From Amphiscolops sp. MND2022 (Eukaryota), in NCBI GenBank assembly GCA_964187785.1, contig OZ076409.1, positions 58,344,001-58,408,000 on the forward strand: 64,000 bases of DNA, given 5' to 3'. The notes under the pieces were generated by a model, which did no database searches, was not told the DNA's origin, and worked only from the letters and a program-made list of their open reading frames with translations. This document shows positions 12,916-24,203 of the stretch, piece after piece. The translations under genes were made by a program, and so were the position numbers. The first letter of the stretch is position 1; each line of letters starts with the position of its first letter.

Positions 12916-14051
12916 TGAGAAAGGCAGCTTAATTACTTTTCAAACAGCAATTAGTGTGATTTAGGACGTCAATGTTGCGTTAAATAAACATGGAGGTGAG
13001 AGCAATAAGAATACATGTATATTTGTCGTCAGTAAGACGCAAGACAAGATTTGAAAGGCATACAAATTGACGTCACTGCCTCGTCCGTGCTTACCAAGGA
13101 ACCATTCCAATTAACCGCCTTTACTAGTGACGTTGCTTGAAATCATTCCAATTTTCCGCCAATATGACGTCACTATACTGACAGGCAACTGATCTTCATT
13201 CCAAATTTACGTCCACGCTACGTCCAATATCGGCGGACTAAAGCTAATACTAATACGTACGTCAACGTTACGTCCAAAATCCACCAAAATAGCTGTCTTA
13301 ATCCATCCAGTATAGTGAAATAAATGCTGATTTTACGGAAATAACGAAATGGGAATGCTTAAATATGAACGGATTTTAGCAAGAATAAGAATAAAACCTG
13401 CTAAGATACTTGCTAACCTGCTAAACTATACTTCGCAAATTAGAATTTTATGCATTTGAAATCATGCCATGAAGTAACCTAAGTAGGTTTTCATATACTT
13501 TACGACCAAAGTCACAGTTTATGCATAACAGAGGGCTTAAAAAAAGATCCGTCTCAGTGTCGGAAGAATTTGTGTGTAGATTTGTTGCTTTTGATATTGA
13601 ACATATCGTTGTGTGATAGAGTCCTTTTAAACGGACCTCATCATGTCGACTATTGCTGAATGTGAGTTTCACTTAATTCCTTAATTTGTAAAGATTTTTC
13701 AGCCGTTTGATACTTGCCAAAGATGGTGCTAATCGAGGATTATTCTTGATAATGAGCTACCATGTTCCCCAATCTATTGTTCTGCTTTTTATAATCCTTA
13801 ATCCATTTTGGTAACTCGGCGCTACATATCGTCAATATTGAACCTGAAGAGCTTCGCATTCAACACAGTAATTTTGCTTTAGGCTCAGGCTAAATGCGTT
13901 ATCATTTCGTATTTTTGTCCATCTCATATTAATCAGAAGTTACTGTTAAACTGTTTGGAGTTTTAATACTAAAATATTTTGTAAACGTCAATACTCCGTT
14001 GGTTTGTTTTAGTTAATTTATAACTGTCTAAATTGATTCCAATTCAAAAAT

Positions 14052-14671
14052 TGTTGCGAATTTCGTGATTTTTTTCTCATTCCTTCCCAGCATTACTTGA
14101 AATTCCGAGGCTGAAAACATTAGTCATAACTTTTCCTTCAAGTCGGACTCAGTCTTTTGCCGTTTGTGATAACTAGTTGCTTCTAACTTGTTCGTGTCAA
14201 ACTCGTTTCATTCAACTTTGTTGAAAAATCTCTGAAAAGAAATTCAATTCATCAAAAGTCTTTTCTCCATCAAAATGTCTACAACTCGAAGCCAGAAGAG
14301 AAAGAACGTCCAGCAAGAGAATAGTGAAAACGTAAGTGAAGGTTTCGTTTCACCAGTGTTGATAGAAAATTCTAGTACTTTGGACCAAGACGTTGGCTTT
14401 GCGGGGCCTTCGAAACCAAAATCCCGTAGGATCGAAAATAGTTTTCTGGAAAGCTTGAGGGCCTCTTTGAAGGAGGAAATAACCTCCGAAATCAAAAATC
14501 TGCTCATTGAATCCCAAAAGGAAATGCTGAAACTCTTAAAGCCTGAAACAAGAGAGAACGTTAGGGAAAGTGTAGAAGAAGGAATGGAAAACAAAACTAG
14601 GAGTTTCTACAGCCCTACGAAATGAGTTAGGATAAACTCAACACAAAACGACCCGAATATAAGTCGTAACA
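14052..14671 (+). mobile_element. Probable solo or orphan LTR (~620 bp) containing a 116-aa ORF (14275-14625)
   Basis: Termini tgttgcga...tcgtaaca form an imperfect inverted TG...CA pair. The ORF is MSTTRSQKRK...LRASLKEEITSEIKNLLIESQKEMLKLL (coiled-coil-like). No TSD found. Confidence 0.45.
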
Positions 14672-15498
14672 AGCAGTAAACAGCAGAAATTAGCAGATTT
14701 CAACGCATAGAGCAGTGAGAACCAATCACATAATTCCTCGATATCTGCTAGCGGAAACAGAGCTGTGACAACGACAACGAAATAACGACAAACACCGAAT
14801 AACGACCAATGAAATAACAACAACGACAACAACTGCGCCGGAAAACAAACAACGGCGTTGGGGGAGAAGTGGTTTCCGAGTCCTATTGAGCATGAAAGGC
14901 ACCCTTTGGGTGTCTCGAAATTGTTTTCTGAGCTTTTCATAAGTACGTCCCGGGCATATTTTAAATATTTTGCGCCTTTTGAGCCTTGGATATACCGTCG
15001 ACTTTAGACGTTCTCGTCTTTTTTTCATATTCTTTAAGCTATCATTAGGTTTCGAACAACGATAGCGACCAAAGACTTTGAAAACAACGGGGTAACGAAC
15101 AACGAACCACAAAAACAACGGCTTAACGAATAACTATTTTTAATAACGAAGTCACACCTTTGAGTTGAAAGCAAGCCTGGCTTTTTTATCAAGCGAGGAA
15201 AAAGCGAGGAACGAAGCTTCAATTAACTGAAACTGATTGAGGATCCTCAACGACAAAATATGTCTGGCTCTCACTTGAAGGAGTTCAGTGATGCGTACGA
15301 TAAAAACTTTTTTTGAGTTTCTTACAAAAAATTCAAACTTTTCAATCTTTTTTTTTCTAGTGAAGCAGTAAAAAGCAGAGTTTCCGTTTTTCAGCAGCAG
15401 AATCGGTCCCATAAGGCAGCAGAAAATCGCCGTTTCTGAGCATAGTGAACATTCGCAAGTTAACAGTGGACTGCGACAACACAAAACACACGGGAATA

Positions 15499-15591
15499 TG
15501 TGGAACTTGATGATTTTATGTATTATGTGTGTTCAGTATATTAATGTTGGCTTTGTATTAAATAGATCTTTACTGCGACACAAGTTTTACA
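15499..15591 (+). repeat. Copia 3' LTR (93 bp)
   Basis: tgtggaact...cgacacaagttttaca, preceded by the short purine run gggaa and followed by TSD ccaac; clearly diverged from the 5' LTR. Confidence 0.85.
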
Positions 15592-15874
15592 CCAACTAGG
15601 CTAAAGTGTGAAACGACTTGAGACGAATTTTTGGAGTTTGAATTTTTTAAAAATCACAGTAAAACTAAAAAAACAATAAACAAGACGCCCGCTAAGCACC
15701 AGGATATTTCCCGCTAAAAACGCATCAGCCTGGTTTCGAACCTGCGACCTCGTGTGGAGATTTGGTAACCAAAATTGGAAATTGGTCAAGTACCTAAATA
15801 GTCAAATAACTAATGAAATAGTTAAGTAGTTAAAATAATCATGTAATGGAGCGTGGAGATTTGACAGAATTTGT

Positions 15875-16050
15875 AAAAAAAAACGCATCACAGATCATGA
15901 TTTTCCTCCCCCATTATATGTGGGCGGAAAATTTAAAAAAAACGCATCACAGATCATGATTTTCCTCCCTCATTATATGTGTGCGGAAAATAATTTTAAA
16001 AAACGCATCACAGATCAAGATTTTCCTCCCCCATTATATGTGGCCGGAAA
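15875..16050. repeat. Minisatellite, 3 copies of a ~60-bp unit
   Basis: aaaaaacgcatcacagatcatgattttcctcccccattatatgtgggcggaaaa is repeated three times with few changes. Confidence 0.9.
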
Positions 16051-18248
16051 CTAATAACTGGTTCTATCAGGAGTTGGTTTTTCGAAGTCTTTGACGAGCG
16101 TGTAACAAAAACGCTCAAAACGGACAATACTTGTTTGAAACTGATTCCTCAGAAAAAGATTTATAAACTGATTTGAAAGTGCTAACCAACATGTTAAATC
16201 TTTTTTTGCCTAAAATTAGTAATTTTCAACTTATATCCACCAATAACAATGTATCCAATAATATATCCACGAGTAAGTTGCGTTTCACTAAAAAGGAGGG
16301 GGAAGTTCGAAAACATTGCGCTATATCCGAATTTTGGATGATATATCTGGACTACATTGCGTTTCATTGAGGAAGAAGCAGAGGCTGGAAAACAAACGCT
16401 CTCATTCATTGCTTCATTGTAATTATTCCTAACTGGAAGATTGAGATGAAACGTCGGACTTGGCGCAACAATCCTACGGCAGCCTCAGTCCAGCAATTCA
16501 GAAATCGTTTCGAAAGCCCTGATTGTGGTCTTTTGAACGCGTAATTAATCGTCTGTTGTAGTTATAGTATGTTCAAAGTCTTTTACTGCCGTTAATAATT
16601 TTTTAGTTTTGAATCTGCATTTCAAAGCATTCGGTTTGTTTTCCTTTTCAAAAAACTGGTACGTTTTAAATTCCGGGCTTACCGATCTAGCTCTTTTCTT
16701 CGAATCGTTGAGGACAATGTAATCAACCATTTCTCCTTCAGAATCCTTTATGGTAAACATTTGGAGCTCCGTTGGTTGTGCTGAAAAGTAATTGGTCAGT
16801 GTCTTTTTCCAATTAGACAAGAGACATTCAGGTTGTCCGATTAATTTAGTTATCGCCGTGCGAGGTTTTCGTCCGAAATGCATCAGGAACATCGTAATGT
16901 TCAATTTACTATGGGGAGTTTGTCTGATCGTTTTGATTGCTAGGTTAACACTCTTTTCTAATAATAAGCCGTACGCCATATTTGCTCTAGTTAGCGACTT
17001 TGTTGTCCGTATGGTTCTTTCCACTTGGTCAGTACCGGTGTGTAAATTCGGTGTGCATCTAATGCTTTTTATATTTTCTCGGTTACAAGATTCTTTGAAT
17101 TCGTTACTTTTAAAACAACTACCGTTGTCGGTACTTATACTCCGTGGTGTTCCGTTATCTGAGCAATAATTTGTTTAAAATTTTAAAACTGTCCGTGAAT
17201 CGGTATTTTTACAAATTTGAGCCGTTGGCCATTTACTAAATCGGTCGACGGCCACAAAAATATACACGTCGCCGCGAGTGTTTGATTTTATTGGACCAGC
17301 GAAATCCAATTGAATTTCTTGGTTTGGTTCGGACAAAATTTCTGGCTTGCTTTTCTCCGCGGACGGTAATTGTGTTACGAGGTTCTTACCTGAGGCTCTG
17401 CATCTGAGCAGTTTTCTGCCTTCTCTCGGATTTCTAGGTAAATGCCGGGCCACCAGAACGCTGTCAGTAATTGATCCATTTTAGTCGTAGACGGGTGTCC
17501 CTGATGGAGCATGGCAAGGATTGTTGTCCGCATATTATCAGGTAATATGATCTTGTAGAAGACCGAATCTGGTAGTTAGATGACTTCTATGCGGGCGATA
17601 CGGGTAGAATATGTCTTCGTGCTGATTTTTTTCGAGGGCAGCAATAGCGCTCAAGGTCTTTACGTCCCTCGCCGTCTCAGCCGTGAGCATCGGTATATCG
17701 AGAGAAATCTTTTTCCGCTCTTTTGATTGTTTCTTCTGTGTGTTCGTTCTGTTCGTCGTAAATTGTATTGGTTTCAACCGTCTGTTTCAGTCTGATCAGG
17801 TTGACAGTTTCATGGTTGCCGAATTTCTTGAGTGCGTTGGTGGGGTATTTCTCTTGTCGAATGTTGCTCACTTGACTTTCATTGTCTGCTAAATTTTGGA
17901 TGATCCATGACTCGTGGTTATTTTGCTGGTAATTTTTCAGCGGTGTTGTTCCCAAGGTTTCGCAGTAGTGGAAGAAGCGATTGTCTATTTGTCTGTTTAG
18001 TTCCTCTATCCGTTTTCGTGCTTGCTGTGGGGGCCGATATTCTTGTAAGTCTTTTCCGGCTTTAGTAGTCTTTTTCTCTCCGTCCAGAGTCGGTGGGTAT
18101 TGGTTTTTAGTTTCTGGTGCGGATTGATTGAGATTTGAAAGTTTTGCCGATGAAGTTGGATTAACACCGTTCAATTGTAGTTAGTCTGCGAGCGAATGAT
18201 TTCCTTTGTTCTAAACACGCTTGCGTATATCGTGCTGTGATTGGTCAA

Positions 18249-19268
18249 TTTTTAGTCGGCGCTTTTCGAAGAAAAACGCAGACTATAGTAGTGACTTCTT
18301 TTTTTAAAGACCAATGAACTGACAGATTTTATAAATTTTATAAGTTGGCACTAAACCGGCACCAACACTAAACCCTGTCACACTACTTCACTGCCACTTG
18401 GCCACTACGGCTTTTTCGAGGTCTGACAAGCAGAATGACATGGGTTCGAGTCCCGCCATGACCAAAATTTTTTTGTGCAAATTTTTTTCGTCTTTGTGAG
18501 ACTTTTTTTGCAAATATCTCCAAAGGGTCCACCCTTCATTTTTTGTCTATTTTGCAAAAGAACGGATGTTAAAAAACTTCCAAAGGGCCCCATTTTACAT
18601 GTTTCGGCACTATGCGACTTACAGGAGACCAAAAAAATTTTAAAAATTTCAAAAAAAACATATTTTTTTTTCAATTTTTCTCAAACGGGTACTGTAGAAG
18701 AGAATACTTGATACTTTGAAGTCCTTTTGTTATTTTTGAGCCTTAGATATGCCGCCGACTTGGGCCGTTCCCGGCTTGTTTTTTTTAAGATCAACGAACT
18801 GACAGATTTTATAAATTTTATAAGTTGACCGACTAACACTAAACTGCCACTACTGCCACACTACTTCACTGCCACTTGGCATAGAGGTTACGGCTTCTTT
18901 GAGGTCTGCCAAGCAGAAGGACATGGGTTCGAGTCCCGCCCTTGGCCAAAATTTTTTTGTGCAATTTTTTTTCGGCTTTGTGAGACTTTTTTTTCGCAAA
19001 TATCTCCAAAGGGTCCACCCGTCATTTTTTTGTCTATATTGCAAAAAATGGATGTTCAAAGACTCCCAGAGTGCCCCCTTTTACATGTTTCGGCACTATG
19101 CGACTTACCGGAAACCAAAAAAATTCGAAAAAAATATAAAAAGTTCGGATTTTTTTTCCAATTTTTCCTCAAGCGGGTACTGTAGAAGAGAATACTTGAC
19201 ACTTTGAAGTCCTTTTGCTATTTTTGAGCCTTAGATGTGGCGCCGACTTGGGCCGTTCCCGGCTTGTT
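18249..19268 (+). mobile_element. Head-to-tail dimer of a Helentron/DINE-1-like non-autonomous element inserted in the Gypsy pol
   Basis: 5' end is a T-run plus agtcggcg; 3' end is cgccgact, a gccg-ttcc-cggc hairpin and ttgtt. Monomers are 18249-18780 and 18781-19268 (the second lacks ~50 bp at its 5' end). T-rich junctions, no TSD, no coding capacity. Confidence 0.75.
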
Positions 19269-20763
19269 TAGTCTCGGTTTGGTTCGCTCCGTGAATCTCT
19301 TTATGCTTCCGTTCGTTTGAATAAAATCGAATAAGCCGTGTATTTGGTTTATCTCGAATTCTTCTTCGGGTTCTGTTTCGGTTTGACCGCTTACGTCATG
19401 TTCCGTTTCGTTCTCAGCGGTGTTTACGATCGGATGTCGGCTTAAGTAATCCGTCAGCGGAATGTTTTTTTCCGGCAGTATACTGTACGTTTACACCGAA
19501 AAGGCTCAATCTATCTAACCACCGTGTTAGCCTAGCGCTATACTGCTTGTGCGCCCTGTTTCTTTTTAACAACGGTTGGAGTGCTTGATGATCGGTTAAC
19601 AATTTGAATTTCTTCCCACAGACGTAATATCTGATATACTCTAACCCCCATAACGCTCCTAGTAATTCTAGTTCTATAATAGCGGATTTCCTCTCACAAT
19701 CAGTGAGGAATCTAATAGCGAATGCGACTGGTCTGAATATTTCTCCTTCTTTTTGCCAGAGTGTTGCCCCGAGCCCCGTATTGCAAGCGTCTGTCGTCAC
19801 GTAGTTATCTTTCTTTGGGTGGAATTGGGCAAGGCATGGCGATTCTGATATTTCTTTCTTCAGATTCTCGAAGTCTTCATCTGTTTCGGGTGTCCACTCC
19901 CAACGAGTTTCTTTCTTCAACAATTTTCTCATTCTGTCGGTCTTCTGGGACAAGTTGTTTATGATTTTTGACAAATGTTGTATCGAACCCAAGCAGGATT
20001 TGAGTTCTTTGGCATGGCATTCTTTGGTGCAGTCAATTTCGTTATTGCTTCTGTCTTGTCTTTTATCGGCTTTGATTTTTTTACTCCGCTTTGATTTATG
20101 TGGTAACCCAACCAAGTTAGTTCTTGTTTGAAGAGTTCGGTTTCCTTTTCGCTTGCTTTTGTATTCAGCATTTTGTAACTTGTTGAGTACTTATCGTACT
20201 TCTTGTTCGTGTTCGTCAATTGTTCCGTTGGTTACACGAATGATGTCATCTAGCCAAACCGGTGTTTTAAAATCCAGCACTTTGTCGACATGCTCTTGGA
20301 ATACGGTTGGGATATCCAAAATCCCATAAAAGCCTTTCTTGAATCGGTAGTGGCCCGTGAAGTCTCCTCCAATTTTTGAGATCACGCAGTGTTTTTCTGC
20401 TTCTTTGGATAGTTTTACCTGCCCTTAAGCGTAATCCAAGTCAATTTTTGACATCCCAATTTCTCCGTTGTTTTTAGTAGTTTCTGCCGATATTCTACTT
20501 ATTAGTTCTTCCATGGTTGGCATTGCCGCATTTCTCTTGACACATGCCTCGTTTAGCTTTCTTGAATCGAGTTCTTTTTTCACGGATTTGTCCTTTTTTA
20601 TGGTGATAACGGCCGGTGGGATGAAACATTTTTCCGTGGTTTTGTCGGTTTTTTCTAAGTGTCCTTTTTCAATCAGCTTTTCCAATTCATGGTTGACCGT
20701 TTTTTGAAAACGTATTGGTACTGGCCGTCACTTTTGTTGTATTGGTTTTGTGTCTTTTTTCAG

Positions 20764-22357
20764 TTGGATGTCAATTGTCAGGTCTTTGATTGTGTGGTTG
20801 GTTTTGAATAAGTCTTCGTATTCGTTTATGATCTTCTGTCGTCTTCCGTCAGTTTCGATATGTCGGATAGTATTCGTGTTTTTGTTTCCTTGTAATCCAT
20901 ATTCCAGTTTGTCCAACGAGTCCAATCCCAGCAAGAATTGGGTGTGTTTTCAGTAAATAGTATGGGTAGGACGTCATTGCTTTTTTCCGTTTTCACTTCC
21001 ACCATGGCCTCGCCTTTGAATTTTGTCGGGTTTTGTTTTCATCTGCAAAACTTTTTGTGGTTTTGTGTATTTCTATTGGACTAATTATCGGCGGTATCAT
21101 CGTCACTGGAGAGCCAGTGTCAATAAGGAGGTCTATTGGCTGTCCCTGAACCAATAGTATCGCTTTGTAGAAGTCTATCCGGTTGATGCCGTTGACGGAT
21201 TGAATGTGGTCGATTTCTGGCCATGATTCGGTGTTACCGTCCGTTGTTGGTTCTTTCTGGATCCGACTGACGGTCTTGGATTTGCACACGGTCTTGGATG
21301 TCAATTGTCAGGTCTTTGATTGTGTGGTTGTTTTTGAATAAGTCTTCGTATTCGTTTATGATCTTCTGTCGTCTTCCATCAGTTTCGATATGTCGGATAG
21401 TATTCGTGTGTTTGTTTCCTTGTAATCCAGTTTCCAGTTTGTCCAAAAAGTCCAATCCCAGCAAGGATTGGGTGTTTTTGTTTTCAGTAAATAGTAAGGG
21501 TAGGACGTCATTGCTTTTTTCCGTTTTCACTTCCACCATGGCCTCGCCTTTGAATTTTGTCGGGTTTTGTTTTCATCTGCAAAACTTTTTGTGGTTTTGT
21601 GTACTTCTATTGGACTAAATACCGGCGGTATCATCGTCACTGGAGAGCCAGTGTCAATAATGAGGTCTATTGGCTGTCCCTGAACCAATAGTATCGCTTT
21701 GTAGAAGTCTATCCGGTTGATGCCGTTGACGGATTGAATGTGGTCGATTTCTGGCCATGATTCGGTGTTACCGTCCGTTGTTGGTTCTTTCTGGATCCGA
21801 CTGACGGTCTTGGATTTGCACACGGTCTTGGATGTCAATTGTCAGGTCTTTGATTGTGTGGTTGTTTTTGAATAAGTCTTCGTATTCGTTTATGATCTTC
21901 TGTCGTCTTCCGTCAGTTTCGATATGTCGGATAGTATTCGTGTTTTTGTTTCCTTGTAATCCAGTTTCCAGTTTGTCCAACAAGTCCAATCCCAGCAAGG
22001 GTTGGGTGTTTTTGTTTTCAGTAAATAGTATGGGTAGGACGTCATTGCTTTTTTCCGTTTTCACTTCCACCATGACCTCGCCTTTGAATTTTGTCGGGTT
22101 TTGTTTTCATCTGCAAAGCTTTTTGTGGTTTTGTGTACTTCTATTGGACTAATTATCGGCGGTATCATCGTCACTGGAGAGCCAGTGTCAATAATGAGGT
22201 CTATTGGCTGTCCCTGAACCAATAGTATCGCTTTGTAGAAGTCTATCCGGTTGATGCCGTTGACGGGTTGAATGTGGTCAATTTCTGGCCATGATTCGGT
22301 GTTACCATCCGTTGTTGATTCTTTCTGGATTCGACTGACGTTCTTGGATTTGCACAC
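20764..22357 (-). repeat. Tandem triplication (534-bp period) of the Gypsy gag-end/protease segment
   Basis: Near-identical ORFs end at 20993, 21527 and 22061 (534 apart), each with IDTGSPVT. Confidence 0.95.
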
Positions 22358-24203
22358 TTTTGCAAAATGTCCCAATTTCTTGCAGTCATTGCATTGTGCT
22401 CGCCGTGCTGGGCAGATATGTACCAATGACCAATTTGTTTTGCCGCAAAAGTGACAGTTACGGTTTGATAGCTTCTTCTTCCCCGTTTCAGTTGTCTTTC
22501 GTTTCCGTGCTGGGTGTGTGTAAGCGACTTGTTCTTCGCTTGACGAGCTATCGGAGGGATGTTTTCTGTGTTTTTTGTTCGGCTTCTTATCTCCGTATTT
22601 GCGGTTGTAATTGTCCTGTTCGATGGTTTCAAGGACCACTTGGAGTTTTAAGGGCCTTTTTATGAATTTGTGTTGGGCTTTTTTGTCATTGATGGTTGCT
22701 GCGAATTTGTACGTGATAATCTCTTCTGGTGTGATTCTATTGAATTCGCATTTTCTTTCGATGTCAACAAGTCTTTTCCAGTATTCATCTAGTGTTTCGT
22801 TGTCCTCTTGCTTGATGTTGAAGAATTGGGCTCGACTGTGAAAAACATTTCTCGCGGGAGTGAATGTTTTCTTGAATAGTTTCAATAGTTCTAATAGGTC
22901 GACGTCTTTCAGCTCTCTGCCTCATTGACCTCTCATAATTTCGTGTTTGGCTTTGGGACCTAGTGCCCAAATAACATCTCCCTTGATGTGATACACGGTA
23001 TGTGGGTCCATTTGATCGGTGCCTTGGTCCATCATTTCGTCTAAATTCTGATTGTACGTAAGATGTTTGTACTCGGAAATTTGTTCCCACCACATTCGTG
23101 GGTTTATTTTTGTCAAATCAGGCTCTCTGTCCGATAAAATCGGGATTTTGTATTTGTTCTTCTCCGTTTGGTCTGCTGTTGTCTGGTTCATCATCGTTTG
23201 ATTCACGGCCAGTTGGGCCGGTTGTAACGAAGTAATCGGGTCTGAGTGCGTGTCCATTAGATTGCTGACTGCGCCATGTAATTGACCAATGATTAAGTAA
23301 GAAATTGAATTGAAAACTAGAATCGCAACAATAATGTACGTTACAAGATTCGTGTATACTATACGATCAACTGTATCAAATCGTAGCACCGGCACTAAAT
23401 GTTCTGTGGCAAGAACGCTTCTATGGCAGGTACTTTGAACTTAAACGGCCATATGAATAGCAACTTCATCTCAACAATGCCCAAATTTACTGGCCCAGGA
23501 CGCTTCCATGCCCGAGGGGAGCAAAACTATAGACTCCTGAGGACACTGAACAATAACACAGGAATTCGTTCATAAGGTGATTAAAGCGAGTGGTGTACGA
23601 CAGAAATTAAAACCCCTAGCTTGACAAGGTTGATGCCTTGTTCCTGAACTACTATAAGATTTTATTTAAAGCGCCTACCTCGACAATTGACTACTCTTCG
23701 CCTCAAAGAAATCTGTCCCTGAAAGAAAACAAAGTTCAATGTTAAGAATTTATCTGAAATAACTGTTCATTGCTCTTAATCCGTTATATACCGCACAACC
23801 TACTTCGCGTTAGTTTCGTCTCGGACTAAATAAAATACAACTACTAAACGTATGTGACGTTCCACATTCGTATTTGAATGCAGGTGAGGCTCTCGGCGTA
23901 TCAATCAACAACACAGGTTCGCTTCGTTTCAGTGAACTCGTTCGTTCGCTCCATTCGCAGGGCAACTTGTGACGTTATATCCAAAGTAAATTGCGATTTA
24001 CTAACCAGGGAAAGGAACTTCGAAAATATTGCGCTATATCCGAGTTTAGGCGTTACATCCGAAGTATTTTGCGGTTTACTAAAGACGAGGCGGATGTTCG
24101 AATTATTTTGAATAGTCTTGAGCATATTTTTGCTCGTTCCGAAACGTTCCGCTCGTTTCTGTCTGGTTAATCATAGTTTCTCAAAAGAAGAGAAAACACC
24201 TTG

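Larger units (their letters stand above)
6254..15591 (+). mobile_element. Degenerate Ty1/Copia LTR retrotransposon (GalEa-like) with an internal duplication and inserted foreign DNA
   Basis: TG...CA LTRs at 6254-6349 and 15499-15591; 5-bp TSD CCAAC (6249-6253, 15592-15596); PBS tggtagcaggagaatgg (tRNA-iMet type). Domain order is gag, protease (IVDTAC), integrase (LHRQFG..., SDNGGEF, ERHN), RT (KARLVAKGF, LDVKAAFL, FHVDDF), RNase H (TDA..., AETLAL). There are many stops and frameshifts. Confidence 0.9.
16545..23480 (-). mobile_element. Degenerate Ty3/Gypsy (Mag-like) retrotransposon, 3' end truncated; outer limits approximate
   Basis: LTR end ...ttaca at 23277 is followed by PBS tggcgcagtcagc (tRNA-Ser type). 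Gag has two CCHC knuckles (CHFCGKTNWSLVHIC, CNDCKKLGHFAKVC). Pol motifs: protease IIDTGS, RT (LDSRKLN, IDLDYA, WLDDII), RNase H ([17 protein letters not shown]), integrase (LDFAGP, VDRFSKWP). No 3' LTR found. Confidence 0.9.

Noticed and set aside
13330..14050. Possible LINE or other coding remnant
   Set aside because: No diagnostic RT or endonuclease motif could be read.
15875..16050. Possible CRISPR-like array
   Set aside because: The units are contiguous near-identical repeats with no unique spacers, the context is eukaryotic, and there are no cas genes; it is a minisatellite.
18420..18460. tRNA gene suggested by GGTTCGAGTCCC
   Set aside because: No cloverleaf or convincing A-box could be built, and the motif lies inside a dispersed repeat.
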